Positions 6,780-15,998 are shown, numbered from the stretch's first letter. The stretch is 31,439 nucleotides of DNA from a virus (IMGVR_UViG_3300043447_000134:1-31439), one strand, 5' to 3'. Numbers and translations: made by a program. Notes: generated by a model from the sequence alone, not told the origin.

Positions 6780-8247
6780 GCTAAATAACTTTGGACCAGT
6801 ATATCTAATTAACTTATCTAATCATACACACAGATTAAACAATGCAAAGAAAGAATTTAATAAGTACGGGATTACGAACTACACTGTTATTGAGGCAATA
6901 GATGGCAGAAAGAATGATTTGTCTGGCATTATTGACGGTAAATACCCAAACCTAAAGCCATCTGAAATTGGTTGCATTACTTCACACATCAAGGCGTTAA
7001 AGCATTGGCTAGATACATCTGATAGTGATTATGCCATCATTATGGAAGATGACTTTAGCTTTGATACCGTTGAGCATTGGCCATTTGATTGGGATGATGT
7101 AGTCAACAATATACCCAAAAATGCTGAAATCGTACAGCTTATCATGATCAAGAATGATCCAGTTAAGTTTAGCATTCATAAAAAAGAAAAGTATGAGTGG
7201 AGCAAGCTTATGACCTATTCTTGGTCAACAGCATGCTATCTAATTAAACGAGACTATGCAAAAACATTGGTAAAACTTCACTCAAGTGGAGAAAAGTATA
7301 AGCTGCATAACTATGGTTTTAAGAATCAGGCAGCGGATGTGATTCTGTACAGTCTTGGAGATGCATACTCCTTCCCTATCCTTACTCATATCCTTGATGC
7401 AAAGAACTCAATCAATAACGATCACAGCGATTTCCATACAAGATCAAAGAATAATATAGATACTTGGTGGGAAAAGAATGGCGGGAAATATAGCAAAGAG
7501 CAGTTCTTTGATTTAAAATCTGGACTATCAAAAAAGACCACTAAGCCAAAGACATGTTTTACAATTTTCCACGTTGATGAAGATACAGACCTGATGAATA
7601 AAAGAAATATTCTTGTCAGCAGGGCTACTGAAAAACTTAATGTTGATTTTGATAAGTTTGAAACCCCTACCATCATAATGAAAAATACAAATGATATTAA
7701 AAAGTTCTACAAGGGTGCTAAGATAAAGATTAATCCTCTTGGCTTTGAGGGTACTGGATGGAAACCTGGTGAACTAGGTATCTGGGCTAGCAACCTAACT
7801 GCATGGGAAAACTTTTCTAAGTCAGACTATGATCAAATAATTCTTATGGAAGATGATATTGTTTTGGGTAAAGATTTTAATAAAAAGCTTCTTAACTATA
7901 TAGATGAGCTTCCAGATGACTGGGATGTATTTACAGCCTATATCCCTGAGACTGGCAACGTAAGATATGGGAAGAACAAGAAGAAGCTATTTATAGGCAA
8001 AGATAATGTCTGTAAGGTCTATCAGTCCTGGTCATGCCTTTGCTATGTAGTGAGTAAGTCTGGGGCTAAAAAGCTCTTAAAACAGGTCCAGGAGCCCGTA
8101 AACAGCCCTATAGACCACTACCTATTCTATCATCCAGACCTGAATGTGTATACTATGAAGCTTGAAAAGGGTAATATTTGTGAGATTTATCCTACAGACT
8201 CAACTGTTCAGACTGCTAAAAAGCAAGATATGACGGGAATAGTTTAA
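6772..8247 (+). CDS. tandem double GT25-family glycosyltransferase
   Basis: Two domains, each with E(I/L)GxxxS, MEDD and CY(L/V) motifs; start likely ATG 6772. Confidence 0.85.
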   Translation: MGKLNNFGPVYLINLSNHTHRLNNAKKEFNKYGITNYTVIEAIDGRKNDLSGIIDGKYPNLKPSEIGCITSHIKALKHWLDTSDSDYAIIMEDDFSFDTVEHWPFDWDDVVNNIPKNAEIVQLIMIKNDPVKFSIHKKEKYEWSKLMTYSWSTACYLIKRDYAKTLVKLHSSGEKYKLHNYGFKNQAADVILYSLGDAYSFPILTHILDAKNSINNDHSDFHTRSKNNIDTWWEKNGGKYSKEQFFDLKSGLSKKTTKPKTCFTIFHVDEDTDLMNKRNILVSRATEKLNVDFDKFETPTIIMKNTNDIKKFYKGAKIKINPLGFEGTGWKPGELGIWASNLTAWENFSKSDYDQIILMEDDIVLGKDFNKKLLNYIDELPDDWDVFTAYIPETGNVRYGKNKKKLFIGKDNVCKVYQSWSCLCYVVSKSGAKKLLKQVQEPVNSPIDHYLFYHPDLNVYTMKLEKGNICEIYPTDSTVQTAKKQDMTGIV

Positions 8248-8942
8248 ACAAACTTATTATAAAAGTACTCTATTGCAGAGCCTTTTGGGAGCTTGTTTTT
8301 ATCAATACCTTCTCTGTTAAGAAATTGATTCCAGATCTGAAGAGTGTGTGCATTTTTGCACTTGTCTAAAACTTCTTCTCTGTAGTCTTTGAGCCATATC
8401 TTTTTCCATTGCCAAAAGTGGACTGGATAAAATACTTCTGGTGGCTGAGCATATTTTAAAACCCCAAACCTTTTAGCACCCTTTGTTACTAGCAATGGTC
8501 CTATCTCTGACCAGACTATCTTATTTTTATCATATCTTACGGAGTTGTGGATTAAGAATTCAATAAGATCAGAATCCTGTGGCATTCTTAATATACCGTT
8601 GGCTAAACGCTCATCTTCTTCAAAGCCAAATAGATAATCTCCAAAGTCCCAGTCTGCCCTCAAGCATATTGAGTCTGTATCTGTCCATGTTAGACCAGTC
8701 TTTTGTATCATTGTATATCTAAACATGTCTGCAAATGGTCCATAAGAATCCTGTACCTTGAAAATTTCAGACTCAGGAATGATCTTGTTAGCATCTTCCT
8801 TGATAACACCTTTTGGTACAGCCATATCCATATCATAAACAAACAGGGTAAAAGAGTGTCCATGGTAAATAAAAGATGCAAGGGCAGTCTGCTCAACTTT
8901 ACTTAAAGGATTGCCAATCCACAGTGATCCAAAATTAGCCAT
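8244..8942 (-). CDS. GT32-like DXD glycosyltransferase
   Basis: SLWIG, FADMFRY, WTDTD, WSEIGPLL, FYPVH. Confidence 0.8.
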   Translation of the reverse strand: MANFGSLWIGNPLSKVEQTALASFIYHGHSFTLFVYDMDMAVPKGVIKEDANKIIPESEIFKVQDSYGPFADMFRYTMIQKTGLTWTDTDSICLRADWDFGDYLFGFEEDERLANGILRMPQDSDLIEFLIHNSVRYDKNKIVWSEIGPLLVTKGAKRFGVLKYAQPPEVFYPVHFWQWKKIWLKDYREEVLDKCKNAHTLQIWNQFLNREGIDKNKLPKGSAIEYFYNKFV

Positions 8943-9655
8943 CAGCTCATATTCCTTTTCAATATATATTGGTCACAAAATTCTCTTTTGAGTTCTATGA
9001 TACTTGGAAATGTTGCCTTGTCATCATAGATAAACTGAATTTCTGTATCCAATAGTCTTATCTTGTATTTAGTGTAGCACAATATAAAATAAGATAGCCA
9101 TAGGTCGTCAATAATATAGTACTCTTCTGGAACATCAAAGAATCTTTCATCTAGGAATAAACTTGCTGGACATAAGAGGCCACCACCGCCTGCATAGTTA
9201 CCTTCTTCATTTCCTACTAGTCTAACCTTCTTCCAATAATCATCTTCAAACTTGTGAGCATAGAAAGATTTAACATACCTGTCGTCATACTGATCATAGC
9301 AGTCCTGAATAAAGCTTGGAGATAATACCTGATCATCATCAACAAATATAACTCTTTCATAACCTTGTTCTGCTAACTCTTTTGCGAGGTAAAACCTTGA
9401 AAACATTTTATATTGGTTGTGGTAGTTCTTTATACTAACATTTATTCCAAGACCATTGCCATACTTGTTTAAGTACCCAACTATCTTGGTATCTTTATTT
9501 TCTGCATTATTGGATATATAAAAATCAAAATCTTTGTTGGTTTGACTATTTAGTTTATTTAAAAATTTGGGCATGTTTGTTAGTCTTATGTATGTACACA
9601 AGATTAAGGCAGTCTTAGACTGTGGTTTGATTTGATTCTGATATATGTATGTCAT
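8942..9655 (-). CDS. GT-A fold (GT2-like) glycosyltransferase
   Basis: CTYIR, SQTNKDF, IFVDDD, DDLWLS. Confidence 0.75.
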   Translation of the reverse strand: MTYIYQNQIKPQSKTALILCTYIRLTNMPKFLNKLNSQTNKDFDFYISNNAENKDTKIVGYLNKYGNGLGINVSIKNYHNQYKMFSRFYLAKELAEQGYERVIFVDDDQVLSPSFIQDCYDQYDDRYVKSFYAHKFEDDYWKKVRLVGNEEGNYAGGGGLLCPASLFLDERFFDVPEEYYIIDDLWLSYFILCYTKYKIRLLDTEIQFIYDDKATFPSIIELKREFCDQYILKRNMS

Positions 9656-9661
9656 GATATT

Positions 9662-9703
9662 AAAGAAAGGGAGGGATAAACCGTTTTAGATCTACCCCTC
9701 CCT
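9662..9703 (-). terminator. intrinsic terminator
   Basis: GGGAGGGGUAGAUC-UAAAAC-GGUUUAUCCCUCCC followed by UUUCUUU. Confidence 0.75.
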
Positions 9704-9710
9704 CAAAGAA

Positions 9711-9983
9711 TTACTTCTTCTTTGGAGCAGCCTTCTTTACAGGTGCCTTCTTTACTGGAGCCTTTGCAGTCTTAAGAGCCTTCTCTACGACCTCAACATC
9801 TGGAAGGACTCCGAATGCCTTATCGTTAGGGTTAATTGCTCTTAGTGCTACTGGAGCGATTGCTGCTACTAGTGCTGTCCAGAGATCCTTTGGATCTGTA
9901 ACTCCCGCCATGTATAGCGCAAGTCCTGATGCAAGTACTGAGCGACCATATGACGCTAGTAGTGCCTGTGTCTTCTTATTCAT
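9711..9983 (-). CDS. holin-like membrane protein with basic KAPVKK tail
   Basis: Two short hydrophobic helices, NPNDKAFG motif, AGGAGG SD. Confidence 0.6.
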   Translation of the reverse strand: MNKKTQALLASYGRSVLASGLALYMAGVTDPKDLWTALVAAIAPVALRAINPNDKAFGVLPDVEVVEKALKTAKAPVKKAPVKKAAPKKK

Positions 9984-10001
9984 ATTTCCTCCTAGGATAT
10001 A

Positions 10002-10418
10002 TTATTGTTGTTCTTCTTTTGGAAGTAACTCTTTTAGTTTTTCGTACTCATCAACTATCTTCTTTAGAGAGTAATAATTTGGTGACATAGACATTATGTC
10101 TCCATACTCCTTAAAGTAGTTTATTTCTGGCTCAATTGATGAAACAAAGTTTTGCAAACCCTCTTGAAATTCTTCAATGTAGTCAAAGGCCCAGTCACGT
10201 GACTCTGAGATAAACTTAAGAAAGTTTTCCCTATGCACACTGTCATCACTCTGTAGCTTTGATTCTTCAACATCATTAACTAACTTTTCAAGGATAAGTT
10301 TTTCTACGAACAGATGCTCATACTTTTTACGAAGCTTATCAGCGTTATATGCAAGAGTAAGGTAGGCACAACTCATGGAAAATAGACAAGTTGATACTAT
10401 TATTAATGGTAAACTCAT
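10002..10418 (-). CDS. hypothetical protein with N-terminal TM helix
   Basis: ORF track, ATGA coupling. Confidence 0.75.
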   Translation of the reverse strand: MSLPLIIVSTCLFSMSCAYLTLAYNADKLRKKYEHLFVEKLILEKLVNDVEESKLQSDDSVHRENFLKFISESRDWAFDYIEEFQEGLQNFVSSIEPEINYFKEYGDIMSMSPNYYSLKKIVDEYEKLKELLPKEEQQ

Positions 10419-10648
10419 TTATTCACTGCCTCTCTTGTAACTAAAACAATTGCACCATTTTGTTCTAAGGCATCTTTCAGTCTTACAACATATTGCAACG
10501 CTTCTACTTTTTCAAAATGTGTCATTCTAGCAAACTTCAGTTCATCTAGTTTGATAGTCAGAAAGTGTTCGTTATCAATTATATCAACCCCAAAGCCCTT
10601 TGGAGGTTGCACCGCATGAAAAGCTTTACGCATATCATCTGTATACAT
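10415..10648 (-). CDS. hypothetical protein
   Basis: ORF track, TAATG coupling. Confidence 0.8.
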   Translation of the reverse strand: MYTDDMRKAFHAVQPPKGFGVDIIDNEHFLTIKLDELKFARMTHFEKVEALQYVVRLKDALEQNGAIVLVTREAVNK

Positions 10649-10938
10649 TACTTATCTCCAAGGCTATCCAACATATCGTCTAGCGAACTAAACCCCATGT
10701 CTTCTATTTCTAATGCTTTAAGTAATATGTACCAGGTCTCCTCAACATACCCCTTTGCTACCTCAGTTGGAGTAACAAGTTCGGAGTCAATTAAAAATGC
10801 AAGAGGAAGACCTAAATCATTATAGATAATAAAGTCTTTAAACTTCTCTGCATCCTTATAATCAACCCATAGTTGAGCAAGGATAGCGCAAACATCTTCA
10901 AATGAAGTTAGTTCATCTCCGTTGTCAAAGCTTTCCAT
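10648..10938 (-). CDS. acidic hypothetical protein
   Basis: Start moved to ATG 10938 after GGGGAG. Confidence 0.75.
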   Translation of the reverse strand: MESFDNGDELTSFEDVCAILAQLWVDYKDAEKFKDFIIYNDLGLPLAFLIDSELVTPTEVAKGYVEETWYILLKALEIEDMGFSSLDDMLDSLGDK

Positions 10939-11195
10939 ACTTCTCCCCATTGATCCTTTGTCTTATGCCGATTAAACTCTCTTGAAATTTCTCCACCTTC
11001 TAAGTATACACCACCCCATACACCCCATTCTTTTCCAGATACGCCATTAGCAAAACATATTTTTGCCACTGGACATGAGGCGCAGAAGTTGTCTATATTA
11101 GACCTTAAATCAATATCATCTTCATATTTTTCAAAATAAAGATTAGTGTCTAAACCAAGACACTTGGCTTGATCTTTCCATAAATGCTGCTTCAA
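10908..11195 (-). CDS. whiB: WhiB-family Fe-S transcription factor
   Basis: W-x-x-x-A-x-C, CxxCPV-x-x-x-C, GVWGG turn. Confidence 0.92.
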   Translation of the reverse strand: MKQHLWKDQAKCLGLDTNLYFEKYEDDIDLRSNIDNFCASCPVAKICFANGVSGKEWGVWGGVYLEGGEISREFNRHKTKDQWGEVWKALTTEMN

Positions 11196-11198
11196 GGA

Positions 11199-11408
11199 TT
11201 ACTCCTTATACTTATTTGGAATATCCCAGCCATTACTTCCAACGGTATAAATCTTATGCAAGTACCATTCTCCGTTGACTCTGATTCCCTGCGGAGAAGT
11301 GCGAGCAATGTCTGACCTCTTTAGATCAATAACATTCCAACCATCCCAACGAAGGTTCTTGTTTTTCTTGACAATTGATTCCATGACTTCTAGCTTTTTT
11401 ACAATCAT
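11199..11408 (-). CDS. hypothetical protein
   Basis: ORF track, AAGGA SD. Confidence 0.75.
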   Translation of the reverse strand: MIVKKLEVMESIVKKNKNLRWDGWNVIDLKRSDIARTSPQGIRVNGEWYLHKIYTVGSNGWDIPNKYKE

Positions 11409-11416
11409 TTTTTTCC

Positions 11417-11779
11417 TTAGTATCTAAATAATCCGACTTCAATATTTTTGAGTTCGGCTAATGCAACTAACTTTGATGCTGATTCTTTTGGCTTACTCAA
11501 GAATGCAACATAGTTTACATGATCTATATTTTCTTCAATATATGAAGGCGGAACCTTAAAGAACTTAATCTTCTTACCTCTTGCCTTCATTCCTCTTTCA
11601 GAAAGATTACAGAATTCAGAAACCATTGCATTAATTCTTGCTGGACCAGCAGAATAGATCAAAAGCTCTTTATCTTCATCGTGCATTGCAGACATTGAAA
11701 CGCCCATTGCACGTAGGAAGACTTGATAATCATCAAAACCTTTCGTTCCCTGCACTGCTATTATCATCACTATTTCCAT
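11417..11779 (-). CDS. SLOG/DUF2493-like protein
   Basis: N-terminal IAVQGTKGFDDY resembles the SLOG G-S/T-R-x-F-x-D-Y start. Confidence 0.5.
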   Translation of the reverse strand: MEIVMIIAVQGTKGFDDYQVFLRAMGVSMSAMHDEDKELLIYSAGPARINAMVSEFCNLSERGMKARGKKIKFFKVPPSYIEENIDHVNYVAFLSKPKESASKLVALAELKNIEVGLFRY

Positions 11780-12152
11780 TCTTTAGGTTGTCCAATATGA
11801 ACAACATCTTCTCAATATCTTTTTTTGACATATCGGATGTATCTACAGGGGCTGCTGTTTCTATATCTACCGCATTACCCACAGTACTTGCACAATAAAA
11901 TGTATTATTGCTTACCCAATATGCTTTTTCTCCTATGAAAAATACCTTAACAGAACTTTTCTCTATATGGTTTAAAGCCTGAGAGTTTTGCTTAGGTTTT
12001 TCATAAACTTGTTTAGGCAAAAAGTCCTTTATCATCATATGTATATTGCTTTGACTATATACAAGTTTTGGAAAAGGTTTAGTCTTTCTTCCTTTATAAA
12101 GTATATATGAAGTTACACAGAATGTCAAGCCAGCCACTAAAAGATATTTCAT
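11733..12152 (-). CDS. hypothetical protein with N-terminal hydrophobic anchor
   Basis: ORF track. Confidence 0.7.
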   Translation of the reverse strand: MKYLLVAGLTFCVTSYILYKGRKTKPFPKLVYSQSNIHMMIKDFLPKQVYEKPKQNSQALNHIEKSSVKVFFIGEKAYWVSNNTFYCASTVGNAVDIETAAPVDTSDMSKKDIEKMLFILDNLKNGNSDDNSSAGNERF

Positions 12153-12155
12153 CTT

Positions 12156-13205
12156 TTATTGCTTTCTTAGACTAAATGCACTTCCTGACCAAACAGCCTT
12201 CTTACTTTCACGCTCAACAATGCTACGTGCCCAAGAAAATCCAGCGTCTCCACCCCATGCAAGCCACATAATATAGCCATTAGATGGGTTAGATTGGTTT
12301 GCCCAGTCCTTACCCTTTTTGTCTACTTCATGGCGTGAGAAGTATGAATACATTCTCTTAACAGTACTAAGAGATAATGTTTCTCCTCTTGCTAACTGCC
12401 CCGCTCTTGTCCAACCAACTGAAGTTCCAGCACCATTTGCCTTACCATCTTCTTTAAACTTGATGGCTTTACGTGCTGCTGCTCTTGCCCCCGCTGGTGG
12501 AGAATATCCATCTGCCTTAGATACAGAATCTGATTCATAAACAACAGTGTCATCATCTTCCCAAAGATCATCTGCTTTTCCTGCAGGGACACAGTTAGGA
12601 ACCATCTTTCCACCATCTCCAGGCTTCATTCCACGCTGCACATATCCTTCCCAACATGGTGCCTGCTTTTCAACACCGTCTGGGCAGCAATCTTCTTTTC
12701 CAATTGAATTATCATATGCATCAACAGGATCTGGCTTTGCTGCTTCAAACTCTGCATCTTTACCATCTTCTACATTCTTTGGTGAACATGCAGGACAGTC
12801 TGGACAATCAACATTCATTGCCTTACATGTCTCGCATCCACATCCATCATATCCACCTGTTTCTTCAACAGTTTGTTCTTGAGGAGTTCCACCTGGAACC
12901 TCTTCAACTAATTGTTTAATTACTGATGCTAGTTCTTTAATTTGATCTGCTGCTGAAATTCCCATTCCATCTCCCCCTACAGAACCAACTGCTCCTCCTG
13001 CATTCATTCCAGAATGAGAATCGCCAACCCCACTTCTACGCCTTCCATAACGAATTACGTCTTCTTTAGTGGCATCTGGAACATTGGCATATAAAGCACG
13101 AACCTGTGCTGCTGCTTTGCCCTTTGTAGGGTGTGTTCCAACTGTCTTGCCTTTGTCATCTACAACGGCATATTGAGAACCTGATCGTTCAATGTGGTAC
13201 GGCAT
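12156..13205 (-). CDS. mosaic putative head-associated/internal virion protein
   Basis: Modules MPY...H.TK.KA.AQ.RALYAN, CGCETC...CPDC, CWEGY...VPNCVP, RAGQLA...RMYSYFSRH...WLAWGGD, of the kind found in phage head proteins. Confidence 0.6.
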   Translation of the reverse strand: MPYHIERSGSQYAVVDDKGKTVGTHPTKGKAAAQVRALYANVPDATKEDVIRYGRRRSGVGDSHSGMNAGGAVGSVGGDGMGISAADQIKELASVIKQLVEEVPGGTPQEQTVEETGGYDGCGCETCKAMNVDCPDCPACSPKNVEDGKDAEFEAAKPDPVDAYDNSIGKEDCCPDGVEKQAPCWEGYVQRGMKPGDGGKMVPNCVPAGKADDLWEDDDTVVYESDSVSKADGYSPPAGARAAARKAIKFKEDGKANGAGTSVGWTRAGQLARGETLSLSTVKRMYSYFSRHEVDKKGKDWANQSNPSNGYIMWLAWGGDAGFSWARSIVERESKKAVWSGSAFSLRKQ

Positions 13206-13231
13206 AGTCTTCTCCTAGTTTATATACTATG

Positions 13232-13240
13232 ATTATATCA
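13232..13240 (-). promoter_or_regulatory. extended -10 TGATATAAT
   Basis: Intergenic, followed by AGGAG SD. Confidence 0.6.
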
Positions 13241-13242
13241 GA

Positions 13243-13569
13243 TTACTTAAGAAGAAGTCTCTTAATTTCAAGCAATGCAATCTGCATTTCCTGAGAGAGA
13301 CCCTCAATTTCATCATCATTAAAAGCTTTGTCTGTAAGGGTAACCTGTGGATCATCAGACAAAAGGTCCATATCTACAAACCTTTTTTCCCAAAGAACCA
13401 TCATACTTCGGTTAATCTCAGTGAGGTGCTCCTCATAGAGTTCTGGCATTATATCCTTAATTATGGGGGTAAAGATGTAGGTTGGAAGACCACTAACAGG
13501 GTCTAATCCAGCCTGCTCTATTGCACCCACAGAAATAAGCATATCTATAGTTTCATCAATGGGATCCAT
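13243..13569 (-). CDS. hypothetical protein
   Basis: Start moved to ATG 13569 (MDPIDETID). Confidence 0.7.
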   Translation of the reverse strand: MDPIDETIDMLISVGAIEQAGLDPVSGLPTYIFTPIIKDIMPELYEEHLTEINRSMMVLWEKRFVDMDLLSDDPQVTLTDKAFNDDEIEGLSQEMQIALLEIKRLLLK

Positions 13570-13813
13570 TAATAAATTCTTCCAACTGCTCTTTAGTCTT
13601 TGCTCCGTTAATTCTACGTACTTCATTACCGTCCTCAATTAGGATAAAAGTTGGAATTGCTCTAATCTCAAAGTTCTTGCATAGGTCGGGGTTATCATCA
13701 GCATCAATGATCTGAAACTTAACTAGACCCTCTCTATCAAGCTCTTCTGCAATTGGACGAACTCTTTTGCAAGGGTTACACCACTCTGCTGTAAAATACA
13801 ATACATGCTTCAC
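13556..13813 (-). CDS. thioredoxin
   Basis: FTAEWCNPC, IPTF. Confidence 0.93.
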   Translation of the reverse strand: MKHVLYFTAEWCNPCKRVRPIAEELDREGLVKFQIIDADDNPDLCKNFEIRAIPTFILIEDGNEVRRINGAKTKEQLEEFINGSH

Positions 13814-13953
13814 TTGGAACCCTTTGCTCTCTGGCCTCTAAAGCCTGTCTTCTTTTTATTCATTGATCCAGGCTTCTTAAATCCTCCACCATTTGGAGTA
13901 GCTGCTTGTCGCTGCTCTAGTGCCTTTGCAATCTTGTCATGATGCTTTCCCAT
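13810..13953 (-). CDS. 47-aa basic peptide (MGKHHDKIAKALEQRQ...KKPGSMNKKK...)
   Basis: Hand-translated; coupled on both sides (TAATG and GTGA). Confidence 0.7.
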   Translation of the reverse strand: MGKHHDKIAKALEQRQAATPNGGGFKKPGSMNKKKTGFRGQRAKGSK

Positions 13954-14177
13954 TATTTTTCCAATCTTTCTCTCTCGTCAATTACATCAACCATGAAGTC
14001 CATCATTTTCTTATAGCCTACAGCATCATCCATTATATTGTTATAGTGATGTGCACAAAATATTAGTTCGCCAATATTGCCAATAACCTTTACATACCCT
14101 TGAGCTTGACAACTATCACAACGATCTCTAGCATCTAGTAGCCAAATATCTTCTTGTTCTTCGGTTTTTGTTTTCAT
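13953..14177 (-). CDS. small Zn-binding protein of actinobacterial type (DRCDxC-x-AQ-x-YV...GELxFCxHH)
   Basis: Motif recognised from conserved actinobacterial small proteins. Confidence 0.75.
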   Translation of the reverse strand: MKTKTEEQEDIWLLDARDRCDSCQAQGYVKVIGNIGELIFCAHHYNNIMDDAVGYKKMMDFMVDVIDERERLEK

Positions 14178-14178
14178 G

Positions 14179-14364
14179 TTACTTCTTTCTATTATCTGTG
14201 CTATAGAATCCTGAACCAGTAAACTGAGCCCCTATGGGGGTGTAGTGCCTTTTCATATTAGCACCACACTTCCCACAAGGATAACTCTCTTTGTAGTTTG
14301 CCATGCTAGTGTTAAAAGGAATAATTTCTTCATCACACTCACACTTATATTCGTATATTGGCAT
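14179..14364 (-). CDS. FmdB-family zinc ribbon protein
   Basis: MPIYEYKC...CGKCG...F-x-GSGFYSTD. Confidence 0.88.
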   Translation of the reverse strand: MPIYEYKCECDEEIIPFNTSMANYKESYPCGKCGANMKRHYTPIGAQFTGSGFYSTDNRKK

Positions 14365-14771
14365 TACTTACCGCTCTTCTGCCTTGCTTTTGCAAGAGCA
14401 TCAAAGTCTTTTATCTTAGTTTCTCCCAGATATCCCCAGGCATATCCATCATTGATCATCTTATTATTAAGTGATTCAGATTCACCATTGACATATACCC
14501 AGCCAAGAATGCGACCATACTTTTCAGATGAGTCCATCTTTTCTGTTCTAAGAACTACAGATTTTGCATCCTTCAAATGCTTCTTAAGATATTCTTTAGC
14601 TTCTAAACCAAGAACCTTTTCAGCCTTATCGGATGTACGTGACTCTGGTGTATCAATACCAGCAAGTCTAACACGGGATGCAAATAAAATGTCAAATCCT
14701 AAATCAATAAGAACGTCAATTGTATCTCCGTCTACAACATTCTCTACTTTTCTGACATAGTACTCATACAT
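14364..14771 (-). CDS. thermonuclease (SNase-like)
   Basis: VVDGDT, RVRLAGIDTPE, KYGRILG. Confidence 0.9.
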   Translation of the reverse strand: MYEYYVRKVENVVDGDTIDVLIDLGFDILFASRVRLAGIDTPESRTSDKAEKVLGLEAKEYLKKHLKDAKSVVLRTEKMDSSEKYGRILGWVYVNGESESLNNKMINDGYAWGYLGETKIKDFDALAKARQKSGK

Positions 14772-15562
14772 TACTTAGCACCCTTTAACTTTTCAAGTGT
14801 TTCTGTATCAACAACACCGCTTGGCTTTAGCCCATTCTTTGACTGAAACTTCTTTACTGCTGCTGCGGTACCTGGACCAAACTCACCATCTGCCTTGATT
14901 CCCAAAAGCTCTTGAATTGTCTTAACTCCAGAACCCTTTGCACCGATCTTAATGACCTTTGATGCAGGCTTTTTAGCTACAGGCTTCTTTGCAACTGGCT
15001 TAGCAGTTGGAGCAGGTGCTGCTGTAGACTTTGACAATAGTGGCAAGTTTTCTTCACCAGCGTATACTGGACGACCCCAACCAACTACAGCATTCATCAA
15101 TGTCTTATGCTTAACGTATGCACGAGTCTTCTCTACACACATTCCGCCGTTTCGTTGATCTCCCTTTGCAGTTCCTGAAGTATTTCCTTCAATAACCTGG
15201 ATAGTTCCATCGCCATTGTTCTTAATACAAAGACCTACATGAGAAATTCTATTGACACCATCATCTGGAAAATCAAAGAAGATCCAGTCTCCTGGAGTTG
15301 GATCATCATTACGAGCATCTGCCCAACGATTATTCTTCTTAAAATAGTCTGCTGCTGCTACTGTTGAAGCAGTCTTGGGATACTTCTTTGCATCAAGTCC
15401 TGATGTGAACGCACACCAAGATACAAATGACTGGCACCATGGCTGAAAGTTTACACCAGACCACTTACCATACTTAGTTTCATTATCTTTTGGACCTTCA
15501 ATGGTTCCAATTTCCTTCTTAGCAACCTCAATGATTGCTTCTACTGAGCCCTTTACAGCCAT
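14771..15562 (-). CDS. endolysin: CHAP domain plus C-terminal peptidoglycan-binding domain
   Basis: PWCQSFVSW, HVG, IEGNT; Ala/Pro/Lys linker; ADGEFGPGTAAAVKKFQ...G-x-VD. Confidence 0.88.
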   Translation of the reverse strand: MAVKGSVEAIIEVAKKEIGTIEGPKDNETKYGKWSGVNFQPWCQSFVSWCAFTSGLDAKKYPKTASTVAAADYFKKNNRWADARNDDPTPGDWIFFDFPDDGVNRISHVGLCIKNNGDGTIQVIEGNTSGTAKGDQRNGGMCVEKTRAYVKHKTLMNAVVGWGRPVYAGEENLPLLSKSTAAPAPTAKPVAKKPVAKKPASKVIKIGAKGSGVKTIQELLGIKADGEFGPGTAAAVKKFQSKNGLKPSGVVDTETLEKLKGAK

Positions 15563-15588
15563 ACTTAACCTCCTAAGTTAACCCTTTA

Positions 15589-15618
15589 ATTATAGCACTA
15601 GGCTGTTTTCTTTGTCAA
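15589..15618 (-). promoter_or_regulatory. promoter TTGACA-N18-TATAAT (extended -10) for endolysin operon
   Basis: Consensus hexamers read directly. Confidence 0.8.
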
Positions 15619-15873
15619 CCTATCATGTGTCCTAATTCTGTGACAGTTTGCACACACTACTTCACATTTTGCTATCTCTTTTTTTATTGCTGCCCAAGAA
15701 AAACCATCATGGATCATTCTTGATATATTATATTTTTTATCTTTTAGGTGATCAAAATCTAAAACTATATGATTAGATTCCCCGCAGTCTACACAGCCAC
15801 TCGCCTCTTTGATTTCTCTCAGACGATTCTTGAATTGTTGCTTATTGTATGCGACCAATTCTTTCTCTGACAT
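15598..15873 (-). CDS. HNH-type zinc-binding endonuclease
   Basis: CVDCG, LDFDH, CANCHRIRT; TATAAT 8 nt upstream (leaderless). Confidence 0.8.
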   Translation of the reverse strand: MSEKELVAYNKQQFKNRLREIKEASGCVDCGESNHIVLDFDHLKDKKYNISRMIHDGFSWAAIKKEIAKCEVVCANCHRIRTHDRLTKKTA

Positions 15874-15892
15874 AGAACTTAATTATACACCT

Positions 15893-15986
15893 AAAATAAG
15901 AGCCCCACACAGGTAATCCAGGCACGATGGCCACGGTCATAAGTAAATGGGTAACTAAACCATCTCTAAGGTCCTGTGTGGGGACT
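15893..15986 (-). ncRNA. candidate stand-alone ~90-nt structured RNA
   Basis: Own TATAAT at 15993-15998; 11-bp closing stem CCCCACACAGG/CCUGUGUGGGG; inner stems; U-rich tail. Confidence 0.6.
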
Positions 15987-15998
15987 ATTTATATTATA

